NCBI GenBank assembly: GCA_017303355.1
Contig: JAFLCU010000016.1
Location: 22,167 to 86,166, forward strand
Reading direction: 5' to 3'
DNA from: Caulobacterales bacterium
GTDB lineage: Bacteria > Pseudomonadota > Alphaproteobacteria > Caulobacterales > Aquidulcibacteraceae
DNA: 64,000 nt
Positions 27,828 to 37,811 of the stretch are shown piece after piece; within the stretch, counting starts at the first letter, position 1, and every line of letters begins with the position of its first letter. The notes beneath the pieces were generated by a model, which was not told the DNA's origin, did not search any database, and saw nothing but the letters and a program-made list of their open reading frames with translations. The translations under genes and the position numbers were made by a program.

Positions 27828-29014
27828 CCGCGCGCAGCGTCTCCATCCTGGGCGTCACCGGCTCGATCGGCCAATCGACTAGGCGCGTCATTGAGGAGGT
27901 CCGCGCCCAGGGCGCTGAGATCCAAGTCGAGGCGGTGACCGCTGGCGCGAACTTGCCTGCGCTTGTTGAAGCCTGCCGGTCGCTGAGGCCTAGATTTGCG
28001 GCCGTCGCCGACCCCGCCTTGCTTTTGGACGCGCGCGACGCGCTGGCCCCGCTCGGCGTTGAGGTTGGTGCGGGTGTGGGGGCGTTGGAGGAGGCGGGCG
28101 CCCGGCGGGCTGATTGGGTGATGTCCGCCATCGTAGGGGCGGCGGGGCTGACGCCGACAATGGCCGCCGTTCGCCGAGGCGCCTCTGTTGCACTGGCGAA
28201 CAAGGAATGTCTGGTCTGCGCTGGCCCGCTCTTTATCGAGGCGGCCAAGGCGCACGGGGCGCGGCTGCTGCCGGTCGATTCAGAGCACAACGCCATCTTT
28301 CAGGTGCTCACGCATCCTGAACGGGTCGAGAAGCTGACGCTTACCGCCTCGGGCGGTCCTTTTCGGACCGCGAGCAAGGAAGCCATGGCCGTCGCCACCC
28401 CGGACCAGGCGTGCGCGCACCCGCGCTGGAGCATGGGGCGGAAGATTTCAGTCGATAGCGCCACCCTCATGAATAAGGGGCTGGAACTGATCGAAGCGTC
28501 GTATCTGTTTGGTTTTAAATCTGATTTAATCGACGTTCTGGTCCACCCGCAGAGCACCATCCATAGCCTCGTGCATTACGTCGATGGTTCCGTGCTCGCG
28601 CAAATGGCGACGCCGGATATGCGCATTCCGATCGCGTATGCGCTGGCGTGGCCGGATCGGGCGCTCGTATCGGCCGCGCGGCTCGACCTCGCCGGCGTCG
28701 GACAGCTCACGTTTGAGGCGCCTGACTCGGAGCGATTTCCCGCGCTAGGCTTGTGCCGGGCCGCGCTCAATCGAGGCGCGGCGGCCACCACCGCCATCAG
28801 CGCCGCCAACGAGATCGCCGTGGAGGCGTTTCTGTCCGGACGCATTGGTTTCCTCGACATTTGCCGCGTAGTCGAAGAGGCTATGAGCGAACTTGAGGGG
28901 GCTGAGTCAGGGCTTATCGCAAAATCGCCCACATCCTTCGATGAGGTGGCTGCGGTGGATCAGGCCGCGCGCGGCGCGGCACAACGGATTGCGGGAAGTC
29001 TGGCGGCAGCCTAA
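27824..29014 (+). CDS. dxr: 1-deoxy-D-xylulose-5-phosphate reductoisomerase
   Basis: SILGVTGSIGQST NADPH motif, LANKECLV, DSEHNAIFQ. Confidence 0.9.
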   Translation: MTARSVSILGVTGSIGQSTRRVIEEVRAQGAEIQVEAVTAGANLPALVEACRSLRPRFAAVADPALLLDARDALAPLGVEVGAGVGALEEAGARRADWVMSAIVGAAGLTPTMAAVRRGASVALANKECLVCAGPLFIEAAKAHGARLLPVDSEHNAIFQVLTHPERVEKLTLTASGGPFRTASKEAMAVATPDQACAHPRWSMGRKISVDSATLMNKGLELIEASYLFGFKSDLIDVLVHPQSTIHSLVHYVDGSVLAQMATPDMRIPIAYALAWPDRALVSAARLDLAGVGQLTFEAPDSERFPALGLCRAALNRGAAATTAISAANEIAVEAFLSGRIGFLDICRVVEEAMSELEGAESGLIAKSPTSFDEVAAVDQAARGAAQRIAGSLAAA

Positions 29015-29061
29015 ACGGCTGACGGCGCTCCATAAAAGACATGCGCGGAGGAAGCGGTCGA

Positions 29062-30255
29062 ATGCCGGACGTACTGCAGAACATCCTGATCTATGCGGGC
29101 TCGTTCGTGCTCGTGCTGAGCGTCGTGGTGTTCGTGCATGAATTCGGCCACTTCCAGGTCGCGCGCTGGCGCGGCGTGGCGATCGATACCTTCTCGATCG
29201 GCTTCGGCAAAAAGCTGGTCAGCTGGCGCGACAAGCAGGGCGTGGAATGGAAGATCGGCGCGTTGCCGCTGGGCGGCTACGTAAAGTTCGCGGACGACGC
29301 GGACGCCATGTCGACGGCGCCACGCGAAAAGATCGAGAGCCCGGAAGCGTTGGCGGAAGCGCGCCGCAAGGGGCTTTTTCACGCACAGCCGCTCTCGACG
29401 CGTTCGATGGTGGTGGCCGCTGGCCCCTTCACGAATTTCGTTTTCTCTATTCTCGCCTTCGCGCTGCTGGCGCTGATCATGGGACGGGAAACAACCGACC
29501 CGAGCACAATTCCCGCACGGATCGCCACCGTCGCCGCCGAATCCGCCGCAGCGGAAGCGGGGCTGCAAGCTGGCGACGTCATTCGCAGCGTTGACGGCGT
29601 AGGCACGCGCAATTTCACGGAATTGCAGGCGCAGGTCGGGCCGAGCGCCGGCCGACCGCTGCATCTTGTCGTGCAGCGCGGCGACGAACAAATTCCGCTG
29701 CAAATCACGCCGACGCGCGCCGCCAATGGCCGCGCCGTGCTCGGTGTGACCGGCCCGCTGCCGCTGGACTCCGAGCGGACCATTCAACGCTTCGGGCCAT
29801 TGGAGGCGCTGAGCGTAGGCGCGGCCAACACGTGGGGCATCATCGCGCAGACGGGCGCCTATATTGGCGGCGTGTTCAGCGGGCGCGAGACCGGAGATCA
29901 GATCGCCGGCCCGCTCGGGATCATCAACGTCTCGGGACAAGTCGCGACCTCGGCGCTCAGCGCTGGCGGCGGCGATGACACGGCGCTAGGCGAACGGGTT
30001 GGCTTTCTTGCGCTGGCCTTGCTCAACCTCGCCGCAGTGCTTTCGGTCGCCGTCGGCTTTGTGAATTTGCTGCCGATCCCGATCCTGGATGGCGGCCACT
30101 TGCTGTTTTACGGCATCGAAGCGCTGCGTGGGGGCAAGCCATTGCCGCCGTCTGCGCAGGAATGGGCGTACCGAGCCGGTTTCGCCGTAATGGCGAGTCT
30201 CTTCTTGTTTGCAACCTGGAACGATATCACGAGGCTCTTTCCGGGAGCACAGTAA
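29062..30255 (+). CDS. rseP: RIP site-2 metalloprotease RseP (M50 family)
   Basis: HEFGHF zinc motif in TM1, a PDZ region and C-terminal NLLPIPILDGG. Confidence 0.9.
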   Translation: MPDVLQNILIYAGSFVLVLSVVVFVHEFGHFQVARWRGVAIDTFSIGFGKKLVSWRDKQGVEWKIGALPLGGYVKFADDADAMSTAPREKIESPEALAEARRKGLFHAQPLSTRSMVVAAGPFTNFVFSILAFALLALIMGRETTDPSTIPARIATVAAESAAAEAGLQAGDVIRSVDGVGTRNFTELQAQVGPSAGRPLHLVVQRGDEQIPLQITPTRAANGRAVLGVTGPLPLDSERTIQRFGPLEALSVGAANTWGIIAQTGAYIGGVFSGRETGDQIAGPLGIINVSGQVATSALSAGGGDDTALGERVGFLALALLNLAAVLSVAVGFVNLLPIPILDGGHLLFYGIEALRGGKPLPPSAQEWAYRAGFAVMASLFLFATWNDITRLFPGAQ

Positions 30256-30339
30256 CAGCGCCTCGTCCTTGTCTTTCGCGGCGGGATGGGGTCTTACAAA
30301 CGCGGCGCTGGGGAGCGCCACAAAGCGTCGAGGGCGTGA

Positions 30340-32787
30340 ATGAAGCGGGTTCTGCGGGATGTCGTTCTCGGCGCGATGAGCGTCGCTACGGTTGGAGCCG
30401 GTTCGGTGCTCGCCGCATCGACTGATGCTTATGCGCAAGAGGGTCAGCAGGGCGCCGCGCCCGCGGCTGAGCAAGCGTCGGGCGTCGCCATTCGGCGCAT
30501 TCAAGTTGAAGGCAATCAGCGGATCGAAGCGGCGACGATCACATCGTACCTGCTCGTCCGTCCGGGCGACACGTTCGATCCCGAACGCATCGACTTGTCA
30601 CTGAAGACATTGTTCGCGACCGGCCTCTTCGCCGACGTGCAAATCGAACAGCGCGGCTCCGATCTTGTTGTCTCGGTCATCGAAAACCCCGTGATCAATC
30701 GCGTGATTTTCGAAGGCTTGAATACGCTCGATGAAGAAGACCTCGAAGAAGAAGTCCAAGCGCGCCCACGTTCGGTGTTCACTGCCGCGCGTGCGCAGGG
30801 CGACGTGCAGCGGATCATCGAAGTGTATCGCCGCGCCGGCCGCTTCGCCGCGCAGGTCACGCCGCAGGTGCGCGAACTCGATCAAAACCGCGTGGATCTT
30901 ATCTTTGAGGTCGACGAAGGCCCCGTCACCGGCGTGCGCGACGTCAACTTCATCGGCAACGAGGTCTATTCGGATCGCCGCCTCCGCGACGTGATCGTGA
31001 CGACCGAGTCGAGCTGGTGGAATTTCTTCCAGAGCAACGACAATTATGATCCCGACCGGCTTGAGTACGACCGCGAACAGCTTCGCCAATACTACAACAA
31101 CCGGGGCTACGCGGATTTTCGCGTTGTGTCCGCGGTGGCGGAACTTACGCCGGACCAGAAGGATTTCTTCATCACCTTCACGGTGGAAGAGGGCATCCGC
31201 TACGAGTTTGGCGAAATCCGAATCCAGACCGAATTGAATCGCCTGCCGGAGGATTTGCTGCGCGCGGCCGTGCCGATCCGCTCGGGTACGGAATTCCGCG
31301 GCGAGCTGATCGAAGACGCCATTGACGCGATGAGCTACGTCGCCGGTTCAGTCGGCTATGCGAACGTCGACATCGTGCCGGTGGTCGAGCGTGACGCGGA
31401 AAACCGCGTCGTGAACATCACGTTCGAGGTCAATGAAGGGCCACGCGTCTTCATCGAACGGATCGACGTCGTGGGCAATACGCGCACATTGGATCGCGTG
31501 ATCCGTCGTGAAATGATGGTCAGCGAAGGCGATGCATTCAATCGCGTGTTGCTCGACCGCTCACGCCAGCGCATTCGATCGCTCGGCTTCTTCGAAGACG
31601 TGACGGTGGAGGAGTCCGACGGCTCGCAACCGGATCGCTCCGTCGTGACCGTGACCGTCGAGGAGCAATCGACGGGCGAACTGGCGTTCGCCGCTGGCTA
31701 TTCTTCGACCGAGAGCTTCCTGTTCGATGTGTCGATCACCGAGCGCAACCTGCGCGGCCGTGGTCAGTTCCTCCGCTTGCGCGCTTCGTCGAGTTCGCAG
31801 CGTCAGCAGGTCGATATTCGCTTCACGGAGCCGCGCTTCCTCGGGCGTGAGATTGCGGCGGGCATCGATCTCTATTCGCTGCGCACCGATTTCATCTCGC
31901 AATCGTCGTTCGAGAACCAGTCGACAGGCATCGGCCTGCGGACGAGTTTCCCGGTTTCGGACCGAACGAGCCTCGGGCTGACCTATTCGCTCATTCAGGA
32001 CGACACCCAAATCGAAGACGTCGCCGTGGATCTCGGCGGCGGCAATTACGTCGATCAGTGCGATTTTGATAATCCCGCGCGTCCCTACCTTTGCGATCAG
32101 GAAGGCACGTTCCTGACCTCGGTGTTTGGCTTCACGGTCAACTGGGATCAGCGCAATGATCCGGTCCGCGCGACGCGCGGTTACGACATTCAGTTCAGCC
32201 AAGACATCGCCGGCGTCGGTGGCGAGGTGAATTATCTGCGTACGGAAATCGACGGCGGCATCTATTACGGCCTCTGGGGCGGCTTCCGGGCGACCTTCCG
32301 CGGCTCGGCAGGATTCATCGATGGCTGGGGCGGTGACGACGTTCGCATCAATGACCGCTTCTTCAAGGGCGGCTCGTCTTTCCGCGGCTTTGACGTGGCC
32401 GGCCTTGGCCCGCGCCAATTGGTCGTGAATGATGACGGGACGATTGAATCCGAGGGCGACGCCATCGGCGGCAACATCTACGCCATCGGCACGCTGCAAT
32501 TGGACGTGCCGCTGCCGCTGCCGGAATCGTTCTCGCTCGGCAGTGCGCTGTTCGTCGATTTCGGCACCGTTGGCGTGGTGGATTCGGCCAGCCGTCGTTC
32601 GGTCGATATTGATAGCGATTCCAGCCTTATTGTTGACGACTCTACCAGCTTGAGAGCATCCGCTGGCGTATCGATCTTCTGGGACTCTCCATTTGGTCCC
32701 GTGCAGTTCGATTTCGCGCAGCCCCTCGCATACGAGGAATACGATCAACTAGAAGAGTTCCGGTTCTCGACCCGGACCCAATTCTGA
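30340..32787 (+). CDS. bamA: outer membrane protein assembly factor BamA
   Basis: 815 aa. Signal peptide, POTRA repeats, beta-barrel ending in FSTRTQF. Confidence 0.9.
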   Translation: MKRVLRDVVLGAMSVATVGAGSVLAASTDAYAQEGQQGAAPAAEQASGVAIRRIQVEGNQRIEAATITSYLLVRPGDTFDPERIDLSLKTLFATGLFADVQIEQRGSDLVVSVIENPVINRVIFEGLNTLDEEDLEEEVQARPRSVFTAARAQGDVQRIIEVYRRAGRFAAQVTPQVRELDQNRVDLIFEVDEGPVTGVRDVNFIGNEVYSDRRLRDVIVTTESSWWNFFQSNDNYDPDRLEYDREQLRQYYNNRGYADFRVVSAVAELTPDQKDFFITFTVEEGIRYEFGEIRIQTELNRLPEDLLRAAVPIRSGTEFRGELIEDAIDAMSYVAGSVGYANVDIVPVVERDAENRVVNITFEVNEGPRVFIERIDVVGNTRTLDRVIRREMMVSEGDAFNRVLLDRSRQRIRSLGFFEDVTVEESDGSQPDRSVVTVTVEEQSTGELAFAAGYSSTESFLFDVSITERNLRGRGQFLRLRASSSSQRQQVDIRFTEPRFLGREIAAGIDLYSLRTDFISQSSFENQSTGIGLRTSFPVSDRTSLGLTYSLIQDDTQIEDVAVDLGGGNYVDQCDFDNPARPYLCDQEGTFLTSVFGFTVNWDQRNDPVRATRGYDIQFSQDIAGVGGEVNYLRTEIDGGIYYGLWGGFRATFRGSAGFIDGWGGDDVRINDRFFKGGSSFRGFDVAGLGPRQLVVNDDGTIESEGDAIGGNIYAIGTLQLDVPLPLPESFSLGSALFVDFGTVGVVDSASRRSVDIDSDSSLIVDDSTSLRASAGVSIFWDSPFGPVQFDFAQPLAYEEYDQLEEFRFSTRTQF

Positions 32788-32801
32788 GGAGAAGGCGCGA
32801 T

Positions 32802-33449
32802 ATGCGTTTGATGAGCATTCTTTCCGCGGCCGCCGTGGCGGTAGCGGTAACAGCCGCTGCTGCGCCTGACGCATCCGCGCAGCGTAACCGTAACCAAGGC
32901 GGCGGCGCCGCCGTCGTGCTGAATTATGAGCGGGTCCTAGCGGAATCCGCGCTTGGCCGCGACATGCAGCAAAAGCTGAACCAGGTCCGCACGCAGATCG
33001 GTGCTGAAGCCCAGGCGCTGCAGCCGGAAGGGCAGTCGATCGAGCAAGAGCGCGAGCGTCTGACCACGGCGACACGCAACATGACGCCGCAGCAAATCCA
33101 GAACAGCACGACCTATCGTCCGCAGTTCGAGCAATTGGCGCAGCGTCTGCAGCAATTCCAGCTGCGCGGCCAAACCCTGCAAGGCGATTTCGAGTGCACG
33201 CAATTGATCGCGCTGCGCGATTTCCGCAACCAATCCGAACCGGTGATCCGCAGCGTGATGCAATCGCGCGGAGCGGCCGTCGTGATCGGCGCCGGCAATG
33301 TGCAGATGTTTCAACCGGACTCTGACATCACCACCGCCGTGATCCAAGCGCTGGACGGCAACCAAGCCACGCGCACGGCCACGGTCGCGCGTCGCGCCAT
33401 TGCGGAATGCCAAGCGCAGCAACCGGCCCCAGCGCCGGCCGGCCAGTAG
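32802..33449 (+). CDS. OmpH/Skp-family periplasmic chaperone
   Basis: Signal peptide plus a Gln/Arg-rich coiled region, at the conserved position between bamA and lpxD. Confidence 0.8.
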   Translation: MRLMSILSAAAVAVAVTAAAAPDASAQRNRNQGGGAAVVLNYERVLAESALGRDMQQKLNQVRTQIGAEAQALQPEGQSIEQERERLTTATRNMTPQQIQNSTTYRPQFEQLAQRLQQFQLRGQTLQGDFECTQLIALRDFRNQSEPVIRSVMQSRGAAVVIGAGNVQMFQPDSDITTAVIQALDGNQATRTATVARRAIAECQAQQPAPAPAGQ

Positions 33450-33490
33450 GCAGCCGTGACATTGGGCTTCGACGGCGCCATGACGGGCGC

Positions 33491-34495
33491 ATGATCGATC
33501 CCCGCTTCTACGAGGCGCTCGGACCGGTGACGGTCCGGGCGCTTTCGCCATCTGGCGACATCGGCGGCGACGCCGAGCACCAGCTCACGGGCGCGGCGCC
33601 CGCCGACCGCGCTGGTCCCGCAGACCTTTGCTACTATGAGGGGAAGAAGGCGGCTGTGCTGAGCAGCGCACCTGGCGCCTGCATCATCGCGCCCGCCCAG
33701 GCGCACCTTGCGCCGAAGGCGGCCGCGCTGATCTTTTCCGAGCGACCGCGCTCGCTCTTCGCGCGCTTGGCTCCAGCGCTCGTTCGGCCGCGCACGTTTA
33801 CGGTGAGTGAGCCGGCAATTGATCCAAGCGCCAAGCTTGAAGATAACGTGCGCGTTGGTCATGGCGTCGTAATTGGCGCGGGCGCGCAAATTGGCGCGGG
33901 CGCTGAGATCGGGCCGAATAGCGTTATTGGCCCAGGCGTCGCCATTGGCCGGCGTTGCCGCATCGGCGCGCGCGTCTCGATTGGCTTTGCGTTGATTGGC
34001 GACGAGGTGAATGTTCTGGCCGGCGCAGTGATCGGCGAGCCGGGCTTTGGCGTAGCCGGCGACGCGTCCGGCCCCATCGATGTGCCGCATCTGGGACGCG
34101 TCGTGATCCAGGATCGGGTGACCATTGGCGCGAATTCAACGATCGACCGCGCGGTGTTTGACGACACCATCATCGGCGAAGGCGCCAAGATCGATAATCT
34201 CTGCCATGTCGCCCATAATTGCGTTATCGGGCGCGGCGTGCTGGTCGCCGCGTTCGGCGGCATTTCGGGATCCACGACGATTGGCGACAACGCCACCTTG
34301 GGCGGCAGGGTTGGCGTCGCCGACCATCGTGTTATCGGCGCGGGCGCCACCCTTGCGGGGGGCGCGGCCGTGTTCCAAGACGTGCCCGCAGGCGAGGTCT
34401 GGAGCGGCTATCCAGCCAAGCCGCTACGTAAATGGCTCCGCGAGGCGGCTTGGCTCAGCCGGCGCGCCGCAGGCGGCCGTGAAGAGGGCAAATAA
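33491..34495 (+). CDS. lpxD: UDP-3-O-acylglucosamine N-acyltransferase
   Basis: MIDPRFY N-terminus and left-handed beta-helix hexapeptide repeats. Synteny. Confidence 0.9.
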   Translation: MIDPRFYEALGPVTVRALSPSGDIGGDAEHQLTGAAPADRAGPADLCYYEGKKAAVLSSAPGACIIAPAQAHLAPKAAALIFSERPRSLFARLAPALVRPRTFTVSEPAIDPSAKLEDNVRVGHGVVIGAGAQIGAGAEIGPNSVIGPGVAIGRRCRIGARVSIGFALIGDEVNVLAGAVIGEPGFGVAGDASGPIDVPHLGRVVIQDRVTIGANSTIDRAVFDDTIIGEGAKIDNLCHVAHNCVIGRGVLVAAFGGISGSTTIGDNATLGGRVGVADHRVIGAGATLAGGAAVFQDVPAGEVWSGYPAKPLRKWLREAAWLSRRAAGGREEGK

Positions 34496-34496
34496 G

Positions 34497-34967
34497 TTGA
34501 GCGAACAAGCAACGCGCTCTGGCGAGAGCATCGAGATCGGCGAAGTGCTGCAGCGTCTGCCGCACCGCTATCCGTTCCTGCTGATCGACCGCGCCACGGA
34601 TTATGTCGCGAATACCAGCATTCGCGGCATCAAGAATGTCACCATCAACGAGCCGTTTTTTCCCGGACACTTTCCCGGCGCGCCGGTGATGCCAGGCGTG
34701 TTGCAGATCGAGGCCTTGGCGCAGACAGGCGCACTGCTCATGTCCAAGACGCTTGAGGCCGATATATCAAAACACCTGATCCTGTTCATGTCGGTCGAAA
34801 GCGCGCGTTTCAAGCGCCCAGTCATGCCGGGCGACGTGATGGAGATGCCGGTGGAGGTGCTCTTCCAGCGCCGCAACATCTTCAAATTCCGCGGACGCGT
34901 TGAAGTGCGCGGCGAACTTGCCACCGAATGCGAGTTCGCGGCGATGAAAGCGGACCGTCCAGCATGA
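34497..34967 (+). CDS. fabZ: 3-hydroxyacyl-ACP dehydratase
   Basis: LPHRYPFLLIDR ... FFPGHFPGAPVMPGVL. In-frame TTG start two nt after the lpxD stop. Confidence 0.85.
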   Translation: MSEQATRSGESIEIGEVLQRLPHRYPFLLIDRATDYVANTSIRGIKNVTINEPFFPGHFPGAPVMPGVLQIEALAQTGALLMSKTLEADISKHLILFMSVESARFKRPVMPGDVMEMPVEVLFQRRNIFKFRGRVEVRGELATECEFAAMKADRPA

Positions 34968-35755
34968 GCGCGAAAATTCATCCCACCGCCGTTGTCGATA
35001 GGAGCGTTGAGCTGGGCGACGATGTTGAGGTCGGCCCCGGCTGCGTCATCGGGCCGAACGTTAAGCTCGGTGATCGCTCACGGCTCGTCGCGCACGTCTT
35101 CATTGAAAGCCACACGTCGCTCGGCAAGGACAATGTCGTGTTTCCGTTCGCCGCGCTTGGCGGCGCGCCGCAGGATTTATCGTATCGCGGCGAAGCCACG
35201 CGGCTCGAGATCGGCGACAACAATGTGATCCGCGAACACGCCACGCTCTCACGCGGCACCGCGCGCGGCCGCTCGGTCACCTCGATCGGCAATGATTGCC
35301 TGATCATGGGCAATTGCCACGTCGCGCATGATTGCGACGTCGGCAACAATGTGATCATGGCGCAAACGGCGACCATCGGCGGTCACGTAAAGGTAGGCGA
35401 CTTTGCCTTCCTTGGCGGTCTTGCCGGCGTTCACCAGCACGGCCGCATTGGCCGTTACGCCTTTGTCGGCGCTTCCGCGCTGATGACGACGGACCTCATT
35501 CCGTTCGGCTCCGCCATCGGCAACCACGCGCACCTGGGCGGCCTCAATGTGGTCGGCCTGAAGCGGCGCGGCTTCTCGCGCGAACAGATCCACGATCTGC
35601 GCGCGGCCTATCGCTTGCTGTTCGCGGAAGAGGGCACGTTCCAGGAGCGTCTGGAGGATTGCGCCGAGCTCTACGCTAACAATCCGCACGTGATGGAAAT
35701 CGTATCGTTCATTCGCGTCGATGCGGCGCGTCCGCTCTGCATGCCGCGAGACTGA
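34964..35755 (+). CDS. lpxA: acyl-ACP--UDP-GlcNAc O-acyltransferase
   Basis: IHPTAVVD N-terminus, hexapeptide repeats. ATGA overlap with fabZ. Confidence 0.9.
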   Translation: MSAKIHPTAVVDRSVELGDDVEVGPGCVIGPNVKLGDRSRLVAHVFIESHTSLGKDNVVFPFAALGGAPQDLSYRGEATRLEIGDNNVIREHATLSRGTARGRSVTSIGNDCLIMGNCHVAHDCDVGNNVIMAQTATIGGHVKVGDFAFLGGLAGVHQHGRIGRYAFVGASALMTTDLIPFGSAIGNHAHLGGLNVVGLKRRGFSREQIHDLRAAYRLLFAEEGTFQERLEDCAELYANNPHVMEIVSFIRVDAARPLCMPRD

Positions 35756-35760
35756 CGCGC

Positions 35761-36618
35761 ATGGCGCCGTGGTCCAAGCTCGGCATTATCGCGGGCGGCG
35801 GCGAATTGCCGGTCGTCCTTGCCGAGCACTGCGCCGCGCGCGGGCGTCCGTATTTCGTTGCACGCGTCACGCCGTACGCGGACGCGGCGCTGGGCGCGCA
35901 CCCGGGCGCTAGCCACAATCTTGGCCACATGGGCGCGCGCATGGAGGCGATGCGCGAAGCGGGTTGCGATGCGGTCGTCCTGCTTGGCCAAGTGCCGCGC
36001 CAAGATCCGCGCCATCTCAATCTCGACGCAGGCGGCATGGCGATGGTTCCGGCGCTGCTCGCGGCCGCGCCGCAAGGCGATGACGCTTTGCTGCGCGCCG
36101 TGCTTTCCGAGCACGAACGCGCCGGCTTTCGCGTAATCGGCGCCGACGAAGCGATGGCTGAATTGCTGGCGACGCGCGGCGCATGGGGCGCGCTGGCGCC
36201 GAGCCCGGCGCAGCACAAAGATATCGCCCGCGCCGCAAAAATCGCCTCGGCCATTGGCGCATATGATGTTGGTCAAGGCGTTGTCGTATCTGACGGTATA
36301 GTGCTTGCGGTTGAAGCGCAGGAAGGAACCGACGCCATGCTCCGCCGCGTGAGTGAATTGCCGTTGGCCGTGCGTGGAACGCCTGAGGCGCGCCGGGGCG
36401 TGCTCGTGAAGCGGCCCAAACCGATTCAGGAGCGACGCATTGATCTGCCGACGATCGGCGTGCGCACGATCGAAGGCGCGGCCAAGGCGGGCTTGGCCGG
36501 CATCGCTGTCGAAGCGGGCGGTGCGCTTGTTGTGCGGCGGGCAGATGTGATCACCGCCGCTGATCGCGCGGGCATTTTTGTTGTCGGCTTTACGCCGGCG
36601 GATGTCGGCGAAGCGTGA
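35761..36618 (+). CDS. lpxI: UDP-2,3-diacylglucosamine diphosphatase LpxI (DUF1009)
   Basis: LGIIAGGGELP N-terminus and EGTDAML motif. Sits at the lpxA-lpxB position, as in alphaproteobacteria that lack lpxH. Confidence 0.85.
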   Translation: MAPWSKLGIIAGGGELPVVLAEHCAARGRPYFVARVTPYADAALGAHPGASHNLGHMGARMEAMREAGCDAVVLLGQVPRQDPRHLNLDAGGMAMVPALLAAAPQGDDALLRAVLSEHERAGFRVIGADEAMAELLATRGAWGALAPSPAQHKDIARAAKIASAIGAYDVGQGVVVSDGIVLAVEAQEGTDAMLRRVSELPLAVRGTPEARRGVLVKRPKPIQERRIDLPTIGVRTIEGAAKAGLAGIAVEAGGALVVRRADVITAADRAGIFVVGFTPADVGEA

Positions 36619-37754
36619 GCGGAAAGATATTTCTTGTCGCGGCGGAATCATCCGGCGATGCGCTAGGCGCCGATCTCGCGCGCGTGCTGAAGCAACGCGA
36701 CCCGACGCTTGAACTCGCTGGAGTGGGCGGCGCGCTGATGGAAGCGCAGGGCATCAAAAGCCAAGTCGATATATCCGGCCTCGCTGTGCTGGGCTTCGTC
36801 GATGGTTTGCTGGCCTACAAGCGCGTCAAGATTGCTGTCGAGGCGGCGGTCGCGGCAATTCTCGCGGCCAAGCCCGACGTCGTTGTGCTGATCGATTCAT
36901 GGGGCTTCACGCTGCGCGTAGCGCTGGGCGTGCGCGCCGCCGCGCCGGAGATCAAACTCGTCAAATATGTTGGCCCCCAAGTGTGGGCCACGCGGCCTGG
37001 CCGGGCGAAGACCTTGGCGGCAACGGTGGATCACCTGATCTGCATCCACGAATTCGAGGTCCCATTCTACACGCCTTACAATCTGGCCTGCACCGTGTGC
37101 GGTCATCCCGCGCTTGGGCGCTTCAAGCAGGGTGATGGCGCCGCGTTCCGAACGAAGCACGGGCTGGCGCCCAATGAAAAGCTGTTGCTTGTGCTGCCTG
37201 GAAGCCGCCCCAGCGAGATCCGCCGCATCGGCCCCACACTCTGGCGTGGCGCTGAGTTGCTGAAGCGCGACCGTCCCGATCTGCGCCTCGTCGTCGTCGC
37301 CGCGAGCGCCGTACGCGACGCTGTTGTCGCGCAAGCCCCGGCGTCGGCCTTGATCGTCGACGAAAGTGAGAAAGAAGCCGCGTTTGCCGCCGCAACGGCG
37401 TCGCTCGCCGCGTCCGGCACGGTGACAACGGAGGTGGCGCTCCAAGGCGCGCCTCTGGTGATTGGCTATAAGCTTGGCTGGATCACCTGGGCGCTCGCGC
37501 GCGCCTTCTTGCTCAAGAGCAAATACACCACGCTGATGAATGTGGCGGCTGACGCGGAGGTGGCGCCTGAGATCATTCAAACGCGCTTTACGGTCGCGAA
37601 CCTGGCGAAAGCGGCGGCGTCATTGCTGGACGATCCCGCCAAGCGCGAAGCGCAGGTGCGCGCGCAAAACGAAGCGTTAAAAAAAATGGGGCGGGGCGGC
37701 CGCCCCGCCAGTGAGATTGCGGCGGACGCCGTGCTTGGCGTAATGCGCGGCTAA
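36615..37754 (+). CDS. lpxB: lipid-A-disaccharide synthase
   Basis: IFLVAAESSGDALGADL N-terminus. GTG start overlaps the lpxI stop. Confidence 0.9.
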   Translation: MSGKIFLVAAESSGDALGADLARVLKQRDPTLELAGVGGALMEAQGIKSQVDISGLAVLGFVDGLLAYKRVKIAVEAAVAAILAAKPDVVVLIDSWGFTLRVALGVRAAAPEIKLVKYVGPQVWATRPGRAKTLAATVDHLICIHEFEVPFYTPYNLACTVCGHPALGRFKQGDGAAFRTKHGLAPNEKLLLVLPGSRPSEIRRIGPTLWRGAELLKRDRPDLRLVVVAASAVRDAVVAQAPASALIVDESEKEAAFAAATASLAASGTVTTEVALQGAPLVIGYKLGWITWALARAFLLKSKYTTLMNVAADAEVAPEIIQTRFTVANLAKAAASLLDDPAKREAQVRAQNEALKKMGRGGRPASEIAADAVLGVMRG

Positions 37755-37758
37755 ACAA

Positions 37759-37786
37759 GAAACGCGGACCCGAAGGTCCGCGTTTC
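37759..37786. terminator. bidirectional terminator hairpin between convergent lpxB and gltA
   Basis: AAACGCGGACC-CGAA-GGTCCGCGTTT is a perfect 11-bp stem, A-run/T-run flanked, sitting between two convergent stops. Confidence 0.8.
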
Positions 37787-37811
37787 GTGTCTCTTCAAAA
37801 CAGATCGACGC

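Noticed and set aside
31561-32748. 395-aa minus-strand ORF inside bamA, and similar cases (10419-11477, 22739-23755, 1270-2187, 12218-13138, 13129-14112, 49044-50096, 18781-19833)
   Set aside because: All lie antisense or out of frame to genes with strong family signatures, have Arg/Ala/Gly/His-biased composition, and lack plausible start contexts.
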